Shown here piece by piece: positions 1 through 17,400 of a DNA stretch of 64,000 nucleotides. Source of the stretch: Chiloscyllium plagiosum. Taxonomy: Eukaryota. The stretch lies in assembly GCF_004010195.1 (NCBI RefSeq), contig NC_057751.1, positions 16,543,426 through 16,607,425 of the forward strand, read 5' to 3'. The notes below the pieces were generated by a model, which was not told the origin of the DNA, ran no database searches, and saw nothing but the letters and a program-made list of their open reading frames with translations. The stretch's first letter is position 1, and each line of letters starts with the position of its first letter. Position numbers and translations under genes: made by a program.

Positions 1-114
1 GGGGGGGGGAAATGTAAGTGCTGGCAAATGGGACTAGAGTAGTTTAGAATATCTGGTCGGTGCGTGGACGAGTTGGACTGAGGGTCTATTTCCATGCTGT
101 ACATCTCTATGACT

Positions 115-1260
115 CTGTAAGAGAAATTTACTTAGCTGACACAAGCACCTTGCCAGGTTTGCTGCACAGACAAGATAAAAATAGAGCAAAAATGGGTTCA
201 CAATGTCGACGAGTGCAAGAGAAATTTACTTAAAGGACACCAAGCCCTCAGTCGGTTTTGCTGGACGCAGTCACATCAGAAAGAAAAAAATGAGCAATAG
301 GAGATTTATGTTTTTGATGATGTAAAAGAAATTTACTGAGCTGCTACAAGCCTCTTCCTAGATTTTGCTGCACACACTGAATAAAAAAGAAGTGCAAAAA
401 CAAGATTCCCAATTTTGGAGTGTGAGAAATTTACTCAGCTGACACAAAGCCTTCACTAGGTTTGCTGCACAGATTCACAAAAAATAAATTAGTAAAGAAG
501 GGAGATTTTTGTTTTTGATCAAAAGAAAATTACTGGGCTGACATAAATAAGGTCCTCATTAGGTTTGCTGCATATACACACAAAAAGATGAGCAAAAAGG
601 GGGATTCATAATTTTGGAGAATGCAAGAAAACTTAAGAGTTGACACAAGCACCTCAGTAAATTTGATGCGTGCGCACACACACTTTAGAGAAAGGTCAAA
701 AAGGGTATTTAAGATTTCGAGGAAGAGAATTTTACTTGGCTGACACAAGCACCCCCCAGGTTTGTTGCACACTCAAAATTAAAATGAGCAAAAAGAAGGG
801 CTTTACAATTTCGCTGATTGCAAGAGAAATTTACTGGGTTGATGGATACAAGCACCTCACTAGATTTGGTGCAGACATAGTGAATAATGAAAAAAGAAAG
901 CAATAAAAAAAAGGGCTTCACAATTTTGATCAGTGCAAGAGAAATTTACTGGGTGCACAATTGCTGAATAATAAAAAAGAAAGCAATTTGAAAAGTGGTG
1001 GGGGGAGGCTTCACAATTTCGGTCAGTGCAAGAGAAATTGACTGGGTTGATGGGTGCAAGCACTTCACTAAATTTGCTGTACACATGCTGAATAATTAAA
1101 AAAAAAGAAAGCAACTTTAAAAAATAGAGGGGGGGGGGCTCTTCACAATTTCGTTGAGTGCGAGAGAAATTTAATGAACTGTCAGCAGGCTTGGTGCAAA
1201 CACACACAAAAATGATGGGGGGGGGGAAATCTCCAAAACAGGAAGATTCTCGATTTCAAC
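115..1260. repeat. Degenerate ~100-bp tandem repeat, about 11 units
   Basis: Core (A/G)AGAAATTTACT..GCTGACACAAGCACCT..GGTTTGCTGCACA recurs near 121, 219, 326, 424, 523, 625, 724, 823, 938, 1031 and 1163. Confidence 0.85.
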
Positions 1261-1989
1261 CAGCGCAAGGTGACCCCATTCGCTGCAACACAAGATTTAA
1301 AAAGGAATTTAATTTTTTTTATTTTAAAAAAAAGGGGGGGGGGGTAGGTTAAATTCACGGTTTCCCCGAATGCAAATCCCTGCCACTTCTGCAAAGGGTG
1401 ATTTATTTGTAAGATGTGAAGAGGAGGGAGAGGTTTTTAAATGGCCCAGCCCCATTGCCTCTGCACCTTGACCACAGAGAACATTCTGGAAGCCGGTGAC
1501 CATTTTGAGAGCCCTTCGACCACAACCCCCCACCCCTCACCCCAAGACTGACCGAGAACAAAAATAACGCCGACGCTCCCGACTTTTCTTTGCAATCCCG
1601 TCTTTATTTTGCGGGAAAGGTCGGATTGAAACGAAATTAAAATCCGTTCGGAGAGGGAAAGAAACGGGACGGAAGCACCAAACCCCCCCCCTCACCACCG
1701 AAATCAAACCAGGTCCCCACAAAATACACGCTTGAATCAGTATTCTTGTCTAAAATAATGATTATTTTTGGGGTATTAAAAATGCGGGGATATACATTTG
1801 TTACCGTTATCAGTCGATAGAATTTGGACCGTCTCGCCCACTTTGCGCGCGCGCTCCCTCCATCTGCTCTTGTCAGTTTGATTTTTTTTTAAAATTTATA
1901 GTCGGGGGAGAAATGTGGAAAAAAAATTAATAAAACGCCTTTTGGAAATTTAAAAAAAACATTCACGACCGAGAATTCCCGATGGGATT

Positions 1990-2466
1990 TTTATTTAGTC
2001 GGCGGCGGTCTGTTCCCATTGGTCCGTCCGCCCGTCCATCCCGTTACCGCCGCCACGCGATTTGTCCCGCCGCCACCTATTTTCAGACCGACGCCCGCCC
2101 ACCCGGCAGCGGGCCGGCCGTCGATTGGTGAGGCGGCCGTCCATCACCCCGGGTGTCGGTCGCCGATTGGTGGGAGGGGCCGCTCATCAGCTAAGCGGGC
2201 ACATAGCCCGGTCGCCGACTGGCGGCGGCGCCCGTCAATCCACCGGAGGGGGCGCCCCTACCGCCGATTGGCGGGAGCGGCCGTCAATCGCCGACTTGTC
2301 CCGTCGCCTATTGGCGGACAGGGATGTCAATCGGGTGAGCGCCAGGAGGCGGGTCGAGTCGGGCAGCGCAGGCTATAAAAGGAAAGGGGGGGGGCGGGCG
2401 AGTGGAAGCTGGGACGTGGTGGTTTTTTTTTATCAGCGGGCGGCGAGGCTAACGGTCCAACACGCA
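1990..2466 (+). promoter_or_regulatory. CpG-island promoter of the cyclophilin gene, with TATA box, GC boxes and repeated CCAAT composite motifs
   Basis: CpG-dense. TATAAAA at 2374-2380, GGGCGG boxes, ATTGG at 2018, 2124, 2166, 2267 and 2310. Confidence 0.85.
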
Positions 2467-7448
<4,982 letters not shown>

Positions 7449-7726
7449 GGAAAGCATTCAAAACAGCTACTGTATGTAGTCCACCCAACTGATGACCAGA
7501 ATCTCTCTCCTTCTCATTGTCAGAAAAGTGAAATTCCAAGATCATCACTTGTTTGCCATGATTAGTCATTCATGCTGTGGTGTAGTTGGGCTAGTATAAC
7601 ACTTCATACTAGTGATATGACAGTGCTTTGCTTCATTCAGCTACTGGACCAATGCTTGTTTTATAATGGGAACAACCATCCAGATGTAATTATTGACTGT
7701 TGCCTTATACTGAATCACTGCATTCA

Positions 7727-7732
7727 AATAAA
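7727..7732 (+). terminator. Probable polyadenylation signal of the cyclophilin gene
   Basis: First AATAAA after the stop codon (~280 nt downstream), followed by T-rich sequence. Confidence 0.65.
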
Positions 7733-10700
7733 CTAAATACTTGTCACCTAGTTTTCTGACCCTTCATTTTTCAGTTTTAGAAACAACTGTTAATGGTGAC
7801 CCAGATAAATGGTATGGTTAGCATTAATGGCTCTTGGGAATAAAGAGCTTTTTAAAATTAGTCATGTCAGTAAGGTTCCACCAAAGGAAGCAAGATCAGC
7901 CTCGAGTACTGATACAGTTTAGCTCCCTTAAGGAGCCATGTAACTGCACTGGAGGCAGTTCAGAAGGTTTACTGGAGTCTTGCCAGAATTGACTGGCTTT
8001 TATTTGAGATTGAGTTTAGGCAACACTTGAAATTTTTAAAAGGATGAGATCTAATTTATGTATACTAAAGTGGACATCGCCCTTAGTGGGGTGATCTAGA
8101 AAGGTCCGCTTAAAGTTTAGTAGACTTTAAAAGTAGAATTGGATCATTTGGCCCATTATTAGCTCTGCTCAACAACTAACCTTCAGAATCCTGAAGTAGG
8201 ACACAATTCTCTTTGGGCTCTCGATTTGTGAAGCTTTACCCATTTATAAAATAGTCTAGACTCTTTTTACCAAAATGCATAATCTCAGACTTTACCACAT
8301 TATTACTTTTAAGTGTTGAGTCTGAAATCCATCAACCAGATTGCAGTGGGTGCCAGGGCAACATACATTTGAGGTACATTTAATTGAATTAATGGGGAGC
8401 AGGCAGGAAAGTTTGAGATCAGTCATGATTGTACTTGGAACAGCAGCTCAGGTAGCTGAATTGTCTACCTTCCCCTGGTTGTGTTCAGTCTGAAACCAGT
8501 TGTCAATGGTTTTACAAGTAAGCATGTGGGTTAAGGAATAAAAATGCACTTCCATTTGAGGCAGATTGATAAATGTCTGAGACACTACTCTGGTGTGAAA
8601 TGAGGCATAGTGCATTTGGATAGAAGTTATTAAAAAATTAGCTTCATGTTTTTGCCCAACTAAGCAGAGGAAATTAGTTAAATTGTAAAGGTTTTGGCAC
8701 TGTTGCCAAACAACCTGGAGATGGGATAATGGAAAACTGGAGATTTACAAGTGTTACTGCACCCCCTTTTAATGAGCATTGACAACAGTGGGCTAAAGTA
8801 TCTGGCAGTTAAAGTACTTCGGAGGGACTGCAGTGAATGTCACCTTGGATTGATGGAGCAAAGTTGAGATCACAACCAATTTGCCATGATTTAAATAACT
8901 GGCTCAAGGCTGTGTAGTCTACTCACTGCTTCTGTCTTTCAAGCACATTGACTACTACTTGATTTATCTTTGAGATGTCAATGGCAAGGTTAGCATTATC
9001 CTTGTGTAACAATGAGGCTGTTTTGAGATGTCTGCCTCCTGGCATTCTTGATTGTAGAGGGACTGGGGTGGACAGTTAAAATTTGCCAGGTAACAGTCCA
9101 AAAGATTTATTGGAAAGTACTCTTTTCAAGTGCTGCTCCTTTGTCTGCTAACTGGATTGTAAGGTCCTGCTCCACAGCTACCTGAAGGAGCAGTACTCCA
9201 AAAGCTATTAACTGCAAATAAAACTGTTGGACTGTAACCTGGTGTGATTTGTAACTCTTGACAATCTTAACAAATGCCGGCTGACCAGACAAGAATAGGA
9301 GTTCTTAACTAAAGGCATTAATATTCTAATTTAATCATTTGGGATTTCAAAACTATAATAGGGTGGCTTGCTAGTCTACTAAAACGTCACTTTTAATGGC
9401 TAAATGTGCTGCTCATGCTATGTATTTGGACATTTGAAAGGCATTTTGGAAAGCATGAGACAAACTCAACAACTTTTAGACCCCCACTGATTAAAGTGAT
9501 AATGGAGCTATAAGCTCAAATAAATGAGCAGAAGTGAACTGGAGAGAGATAGTGAAGTGCCTTCTGGTTTAGTATTAGAATATAGTTTTTTTTTGCTCTG
9601 CATAGCAATAGTTAGTAGTTTGTGGACCAACTTGTGGTAAATGCTGAAGACTGATGGACTTCAAGAGAACACAAAAATAGGCTTCCGGTTGGAATTCAAC
9701 ACTGAGAACTGAAGTAATTTACCCTGTTATGAGGAACAGCAATATAAATGGAACTGCAGTAATTGTGAAATTAATTCAGGAACATAGACCTGTGGAGGTG
9801 TGTACATAAATCTCTCTCCCAAAGAGCATAGGGTGGCCTTGGCCCTTTGAATAGAAAAGACTGAATGCTGGACATCTGAAATCTAAGTTACTTAATTTCT
9901 TCTAGAGACTTTGAAGAAATTAAAGTTGCATGCATTTGAGATTGATCACCTGGGAGAGTATAGAAGTTACATGTGTTAAGTAGAAGTGGGGGAGGAGAGC
10001 AAACAATAGTCATTGTTTGATAAAATAGTGTAAGAGGACAAGTAAAACAAATATGTCTAGAAGAGGTGTAAATGGAAAATAGTCACCACTGACAATGCAA
10101 AATAAATGGGAGCAGAGGCTATAATCTGAAATTGTCCTCTTGTGCAGTGGTAGTGTTCTTCATTTTGGGCCAGGAGACCCAGGCCCCATGGTTCAAGTCC
10201 ATAGGGCCCCCTTAAGCTTGTTACCCTTGGTTTCCATATTGATCAAGCTGCTCTCTTTCCATGGATGCTGCCTGACCTGAGAGTTCCAGCATTTTGTTTT
10301 TCAGTATGGATTCCAGCATCTGCAGTAATTTGCTCCTACAAGAATCTCCCTGGGCCGTAAATGACAAGAAGGACTCTCACCCTACAACTGTGTGGAAGGA
10401 AGTTCCAAAGACACTCAGTCCTTTGAGTGGAGGAATTCTTCCTCTCAATCTTAAATTGGCAGATCCTTTGTTTCTGGCACTATGCCCTCTGGCTCTAGAA
10501 TTGGTCGTTACTGTGTCAAGCTTCCCTTATTAGCGTTTAGAATGAGGTGATGAGTAGAATCCCAACCTGTTTAACTGGGCAACCCCTCCATACCAGAGAT
10601 CATCCTCGTTTGAACATTCTCTGACCTGCCTCAGAGGTGTGTAATGACATTTCCCTACAGGTTGATCGGAAAATATCTGGGCTGTTGTGGTGCAGAGGCA

Positions 10701-10999
10701 GTGGCCCTACCAGGAGGCACAGATTCCAAGTCCCATCTGCCCCAGAGGTGTACCTAAAAAGTTGTACTTGACCTGCGGATGGAGCCCTTGATGTGTGACG
10801 AGTGACTAAACCATAGGTGGCAGTGCCATCACTTGAGCTTCATTTGAACAGTGTCCCATGGGGAGGTCGGTATGGAAACATAAAGTAAGAAACCTTTCAA
10901 CCCACGGAGTCGGTATCACTAAATCTACGCTAGTCCCATTCTCCAGCAGCAGGCCTTATAGCCTTAGGTGTTATGACCCAGAATTTAAAATGCCAGGAG

Positions 11000-11426
11000 A
11001 TGAGAAGTTCAGGTGCACGCCTGCAGCTAGGACGCAGGCGCTCAGCGACGTAACCATTTGTACTCGACAGGAAAGGCAACATAGACGCTGGTCCCCAACC
11101 CATGCGGTCATCGCGTTCCCATGTTGCGTCATTGCGTACTGCCTCGGTGCAGGCTGGGAGTTGTAGTTTCTTTCCTTCCCAGGAGAGGTGCGCTTGCGCA
11201 GTGGGGAACGGGGGGTTGTGGAGGGAGAGAGAGAGAGACGGGTCTGGCCATGAGCGGGCAGTGTGCGAGGCGGCGAGCGGAGCCGGCCTGGGTCCCGGGG
11301 AGGAGGGGAAGCAGCTCTCTCTGGTGAGTGTGTGTTTGAGGGAGGGAGCGGGGAGGTGGCCTTCTCCCTCCTTCACCTCTCTCTTCACCCCCCCCTCCTC
11401 CCGAGTGTCCGGCGGAGGGCTTCCCG
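11000..11426 (+). promoter_or_regulatory. CpG-island promoter of TMEM150A with ZNF143/Staf (SBS) and NRF1-like sites
   Basis: GCAGGCTGGGAGTTGTAGTTT at 11149-11169 (reverse: AAACTACAACTCCCAGCCTGC). TGCGCTTGCGCA at 11189-11200. CpG-rich, no TATA box. Confidence 0.75.
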
Positions 11427-11491
11427 ATGACTGCGTGGCTGATCCTGCCCGTCAGCCTGTCCGCCTTCTCCATCACCGGCATATGGATCGT
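11427..11491 (+). CDS. TMEM150A: TMEM150A coding exon 1
   Basis: ATG at 11427, [22 protein letters not shown], donor GTGAGT at 11492. Confidence 0.95.
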
Positions 11492-14400
11492 GTGAGTAGT
11501 CTGCACCTCCTGCTCCTCGTCAGTTATTTATCTGGGGATCGGGGGAATTTGCTTTCAGCTTGCCTCCCCGTCGCTCTCCTCACTCGGATCCTCCTCATTG
11601 CGGCCGTTGCCTTGACACCCCGGCTGGCCGGACTGCGCCTGCTCGCCCGGCCGGCGGACGGCTGGCCGAACTGCGCTTGCTCCCCCGGTCAGCGGCCGTC
11701 CCCGCCCGGCACCTGGTCAGCCCGCGGATTGCGCCTGCTCGCCCGGCCGGCGGACGGCCGGCCGAACTGCGCTTGCTCCCTCGGTCAGCGGCCGTCCCCG
11801 CCCGGCACCTGGTCAGCCCGCGGATTGCGCCTGCTCGCACGGCCGGCGGACGGCTGGTCGAACTGCGCCTGCTCCTTCTGGCCAGTTATCAATGTCAGGG
11901 AGCCCCCTCATCCCAGGGCTGCTGTGTTTTTTTTTTAGCTGACCAGTTTCCAGCTGCATAACTGTCTGATCTGTGTTTGTTGAAGATTTGAGGTTGTTTT
12001 TGCTGAAAGAGTGCATTTTACTCTGTTTTACTGATCCTGGGACTTCATTTAACATGAGGCGTAAAACTGAATTTCAAACTTGTAAATTACTTTTTTTTAA
12101 GTAAAACAGGAGGTATACCATCAACATAAGTGATGCGTTAGGCGGATAAACTCTATTTAAATGTTGTTTCTCCCCTGCCCCACCTTCTGTAACAAATAGA
12201 AGAAGCTGAGGCTTTGCAGATTGCCAAATGGCACAATGTGCTCAGCGACATTTCCTTACCCCTTACAGAACTCTAGGTTGTAAGTCAGTTTCTGAACTCA
12301 ATTGGCAAGTGTGCTGCTGGTCAGCTAATGATCAGGCTCAAAAGGTTCACTCTGACCTACCCCCCCCAAAAAAGGCTGGGTTTCTCCGACACTTGGTGTT
12401 TTAGATTTCCAGCATCTGCAGTGTTTTGTAAGGGTGGCCTGTTGGTTTCACAGGTGGTGGGAAGGAATGGAGTGTGCTGAAAATGGAGCCGGGGAATGGG
12501 TAGCAAAAGCGTTCAGATGGATGCCATTGGAGTGGTTGACGAAGGCGAGGTTTTTAATGTGTGAACCTAGCCTGGGGCTTACAACCCAGCCAAACTTGGA
12601 CATCTAATACTGTGACGATGCTGGGCTAGAAGAGTTGCGTTTTGTCCTAGTTTGTTTTAGACAGAGAGATTGGGGGACAGGTGCTGAGCAGTCTATGAGA
12701 AGATTGTGAGGCCTTGGATTTTTTTTTTAAAAGGTTGGAACAATAGAAGCAGCCTGGATGGGTGTGGTCAAGCTCTGAGCTCCAGGATTTCTAGTTAGCT
12801 TTCAGCAGTTGTTGCTGGGGTCTTTAGTAGGGTTGGAATGTAGTGAATCTCTCCCGGCTGGTACGCTCTGAGTTTTCTTTCAGAATTATCTTTTGACTTT
12901 TTTTTTCTTCCAGGATTGGAGAACTGCATGTGAGTCATAGAGCTAGATGTACAGCATGAAAACTGACCCTTCAGTCCAATTCATCCATGCCGACCAGATA
13001 TCCTAAATTAATGTAGTCCAATTTGCTAACACTTCTGTGTTCCTTTGCCTTTTTGCCAAGGGTATGATTATGGGACACAGACCAGACCCCTTCCAAATAT
13101 ATTAAGAAGGTAGCCTAGACTTTGACATTTTCTTATTTTAAAGGCAAATATCAGGTGCTGTGTTCCAGCTGCAATTAAGTTAAGCAAAATGTTAAGCAAA
13201 ACGCAATTTAGTTAACACAATATTGGAACAGTTAATTAGTTATAGTTACTGTGTCTATTATTCTGTTTTGTTTTCCAGGAGAGTTGAGTTATTCCAAGTT
13301 CTTTTTAATTATAGTGTTTGAATAAAGTGTGTGTTTTTATATATGCTTTTTAACATATTTGTAGGGAGTCAGGTCTGGTCCCATTACAATACCAAAACCT
13401 ATGTTGTTCCTATGTTCTCCCCCTTATCCTGGGTCACTGTAGGCAGTTGTAATGCCCAGGGTAATTAAGGATGAATGATTGTGCGCTTCTTCAGTCTCCT
13501 GTGTACCTTACTGCAACTTTGAGTAGGCACATACTTTCCAAACCATGTGTTTTGTCTGAGCAGCATGTGAACAGAGATTGCCAAATTTCTGCAGTCTTTT
13601 ATGGACTGATGGTCATGGCATTTGAGAGGCTGAGTCTATTTACAAGAATCCCTGAACCAAGCTACTAAGGATTATGTAAATAGAGTCATAGAGATGTACA
13701 GCGTGGAAACAGACCCTTCGGTCCAACCAGTCCATGCCGACCCAGATATCTCAACCCAATCTAGTCCCACCTGCCAGCACCCGGCCCATATCCCTCCAAA
13801 CCCTTCCTATTCATATACCCATCCAGATGCCTCTTAAATGTTGCAATTGTACCAGCCTCCACCACTTCCTCTGGCAGCTCATTCCATACACACACCACCC
13901 TCTGCGTGAAAAAGTTGCCCCTTTGGTCTCTTTTACATTTTTTCTCCTCTCACCCTAAACCTATGCCCCTCTAGTTCTGGACTCCCCGACCCCAGGGAAA
14001 AGACTTTGCCTATTTACCCTATCCATGCCCCCTCATAATTTTATAAACCTCTATAAGTTCACCCCTCAGCCTCTGACGCTCCAGGGAAAACAGCCCCAGC
14101 CTGTTCAGCCTCTCCCTGTAGTTCAAATCCTCCAACCTGTACTATCTCTGTTTAGTAGTTCTCAACTGCTGAAAATGTGTTGCTGGAAAAGCGCAGCAGG
14201 TCAGGCAGCATCCAAGGAACAGGAGAATCGACGTTTCGGGCATAAGCCCTTCTTCAGGTATGCCCGAAACGTCGATTCTCCTGTTCCTTGAATGCTGCCT
14301 GACCTGCTGCGCTTTTCCAGCAACACATTTTCAGCTCTGATCTCCAGCATTTGCAGCCCTCACTATCTCCTCTGAGCAGTTCTCAAAGCAGGATTAGAAT

Positions 14401-17400
14401 TTCCACAGTGTGAAACAGGCCCTTCAGCCCAACAAATCCACACCACACCTCCGAACAGTAACCCATCCAGACCCATTCGTCTAGTCAGCATTAACTCCTG
14501 ACTTTTGGGGGGAGGGAAGGACGTGCAAACTCCACCCAGACAGGCGCCCGGGGTGGGAATCGAACCTGGGTCCCTGGCGCTGTGAGGCAGCAGTGCTAAC
14601 CACTGAGCCACTGTTGCTCCTGGAGAGTTCTCTCACTGGTCTCGAACACAGTTGACCAGTGCGCAATGCCACAGCTGACCCACACATATAGGAGTAGGCT
14701 GAAGGCCTCAATACCCCCTCTCCTACATGCAGTGTACCAACATGCCGAAGACTCTGTTGTACAAACAGTGTTTAGATTGCTGTTCCAGACGGGTAATGCT
14801 GTGAATGTCGCTGAACTTGTCATCCAGGCACAGTGACTCGATGGATTTCAGTTCAGTCAATTTAAAACAAAAGTCTAGAATTCAAAGCTTGACTCGGTCA
14901 TGGTGACTGCAATGTTGCAAAAAATCATTAAGGGAAAGAAACGTGCAGTGCTCATGCACCCTGGCCGGAACAGACCGCTAGGGGTGCAGGTTCATAGCTC
15001 CTTGAAAGTGGAGTCGCATGTAGATAGGATAGTGAAGGAGGCGTTTGGTATGCTTTCCTTTATTGGTCAGAGTATTGAGTACAGGAGTTGGGAGGTCATG
15101 TTGCGGCTGTACAGGGCATTGGTTAGGGTACTATTGGAATACTGCGCGCAATTCTGGCCTATCGGAAGGATGTTGTGAAACTTGAAAGGGTTCAGAAAAG
15201 ATTGACAAGGATGTCGTCAGGGTTGGAGGGTTTGAGCTACAGGGAGAGGCTGAACAGGCTGGGGCTGTTTTCCCTGGAGCATCAGAGGCTGAGGGGTGAC
15301 CTTTTAGAGGTTTACAAAATTATGAGGGGCATGGATAGGATAAATAGACAAAGTCTTTTCCCTGGGGTCGGGGAGTCCAGAACTAGAGGGCATACAATTG
15401 TAACATTTAAGAGGCATCTGGATGGGTATATGAATAGGAAGGGTTTGGAGGGATATGGGCCGGGTGCTGGCAGGTGGGACTAGATTGGGTAGGGATATCT
15501 GGGTCAGCATGGACCGAAGGATCTGTTTCCAGCTAAATAACTCCATGACTCTGACAGAGTGATGTAGTTGACTCTTAACTGCCCAGCAAGCCACTCAGTT
15601 GAAGAGCAACTAGGAAATGGCAGGAAACATTGGGCTTGCTCCCATGTGATGAAAGATTTTTTTTAAAAATCTGACTGCAAGATGCTTTGTTGAGGAGGAA
15701 CTGGTTGAAATAGAGTCATAGAGATGAACAGCACGGAAACAGACCTTCGGTCCAACCCGTCCATGCCGACCAGATATCCCAACCCAATCTAGTCCCACCT
15801 GCCAGCACCCGGCCCGTATCCCTCCAAACCCTTCCTATTCATGTACCCATCCAAATGCCTCTTAAATGTTGCAATTGTACCAGCCTCCACCACTTCCTCT
15901 GGCAGCTCATTCCATACACGTACCACCCTCTGCGTGAAAAAGTTGCCCCTTAGGTCTCTTTTATATCTTTTCCCCCCTCACCCTAAACCTATGTCCCTCT
16001 AGTTCTGGACTCTCCCCGACTCCAAGGAAAAGACTTTGCCTATTTATCCTCTCCATGTCCCTCATGATTTTATAAACCTCTATACGGTCACCCCCTCAGC
16101 CTCCGACGCTCCAGGGAAAGCAGCCCCGGCCTGTTCAGCCTCTCCCTGTAGCTCAGATCCTCCAACCCTGACAATATCCTTGTAAAGGTGGCGCCTGGAG
16201 TTCCCCAGCTTAGAACCAATCATGGCATGATCAATTCTTGCAGGGAAAACAGGGTCTGAGGGTCAGGTGAGGTAAAAGGTGTGAGGCCTCCAGCCTGTAG
16301 GGTTGGCTGAAACTAGGTGTGGGGGGGGGAAAAAATCCCAGCACCAGTGTCAAATGTGGAATCTCTGTGTCTTATTTGTACTGAAGCCTTTAATCCAATG
16401 CACTCGGCTTAAAGTGATAAGATTAGTCTACGCCTTCACAGGAACTGATACTGTAGACCTGGTTATGTGTGGCCTTAACTGAACCGCAGTGCTGCAGTTC
16501 CTGTCTCGCCCCCGACGACTAAATGTTTTCCTTCTTTCAGCTACGCGATGGCAGTGATGAACCACCACGTGTGTCCCGTCGAGAACTGGTACGATTGTTT
16601 CCGATTTCGTTTCTCCCCTCTTGCCCCCCCCCGGTGAGATTGGGGGCTCGCCCTTGGCAAAGAGGTCGTGGCGGTGATTTCCAGGGAAGGATTGAGGGGA
16701 GGGGAGAGTGGAAAATACCGTTGCTGCCGCCGGGATCAGAGCAGCTGGCAAAACATCCTGTGTGCGCGCTGTGTAAACGATTACGTCTGCTGGAGTGGTC
16801 GCAAAATAATCATTGCTCGGGGTCTAACGCTCTACTTTTCCCCCCCCCCCCCTCGCCTCGGAGCTTATACTCATAGCAGTGTCGATAAATTCAGTGTGAT
16901 TCTTTCTCCCTCCCCCTTCTATTGGAATCAATCTTTTGGCTTGAAATCGGGCCCTATTCGCAGCCTGTGTTTAAATGTTAAACAAGCAAGAAATAAGCCT
17001 TAAGGAATACCTTTCAATCTTTTCCGCCCAAGTAAGTTTGCAGCTGTACTGAGGCACATGACTGTTGTGTCTGTGCGTACACGGTTTTGCGTGTGTTTTT
17101 TTTTTAACATTCCCTGCTTGATTCGGAATTGAATTTGGCGGTCTCCTTGTTGCGTCTCAGCATTTACGGTCAGTGACGAGTGACCGTTTGGCCATGGCTC
17201 TTGTGCTCCTGTGTCAACGTGCACGGGCAGGCTGCAGTGTCACAAGCTGGCCAGAAGTCTCCCCTCCTCTTGCAGCCTGCCCTTTGTCGGCAGGGATAAC
17301 GAAGGTCGACGCCTGACCTCGTTAGGCCAAGTTCTGTCCAAACTTTCCCAGACCCGTCAAGCTCTTGAGGTGGTGGGGATGCTCAAATCCCCTGAGCCTC

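Noticed and set aside
115..1260. CRISPR-like repeat/spacer appearance (also 27509-27900)
   Set aside because: The context is eukaryotic, repeats are degenerate, the 'spacers' resemble each other, and there are no cas genes.
11102..11961. 278-aa and 133-aa ORFs with repeated peptides
   Set aside because: These are products of the CpG island and the 96-bp repeat (a multiple of 3); they are not in the TMEM150A frame.
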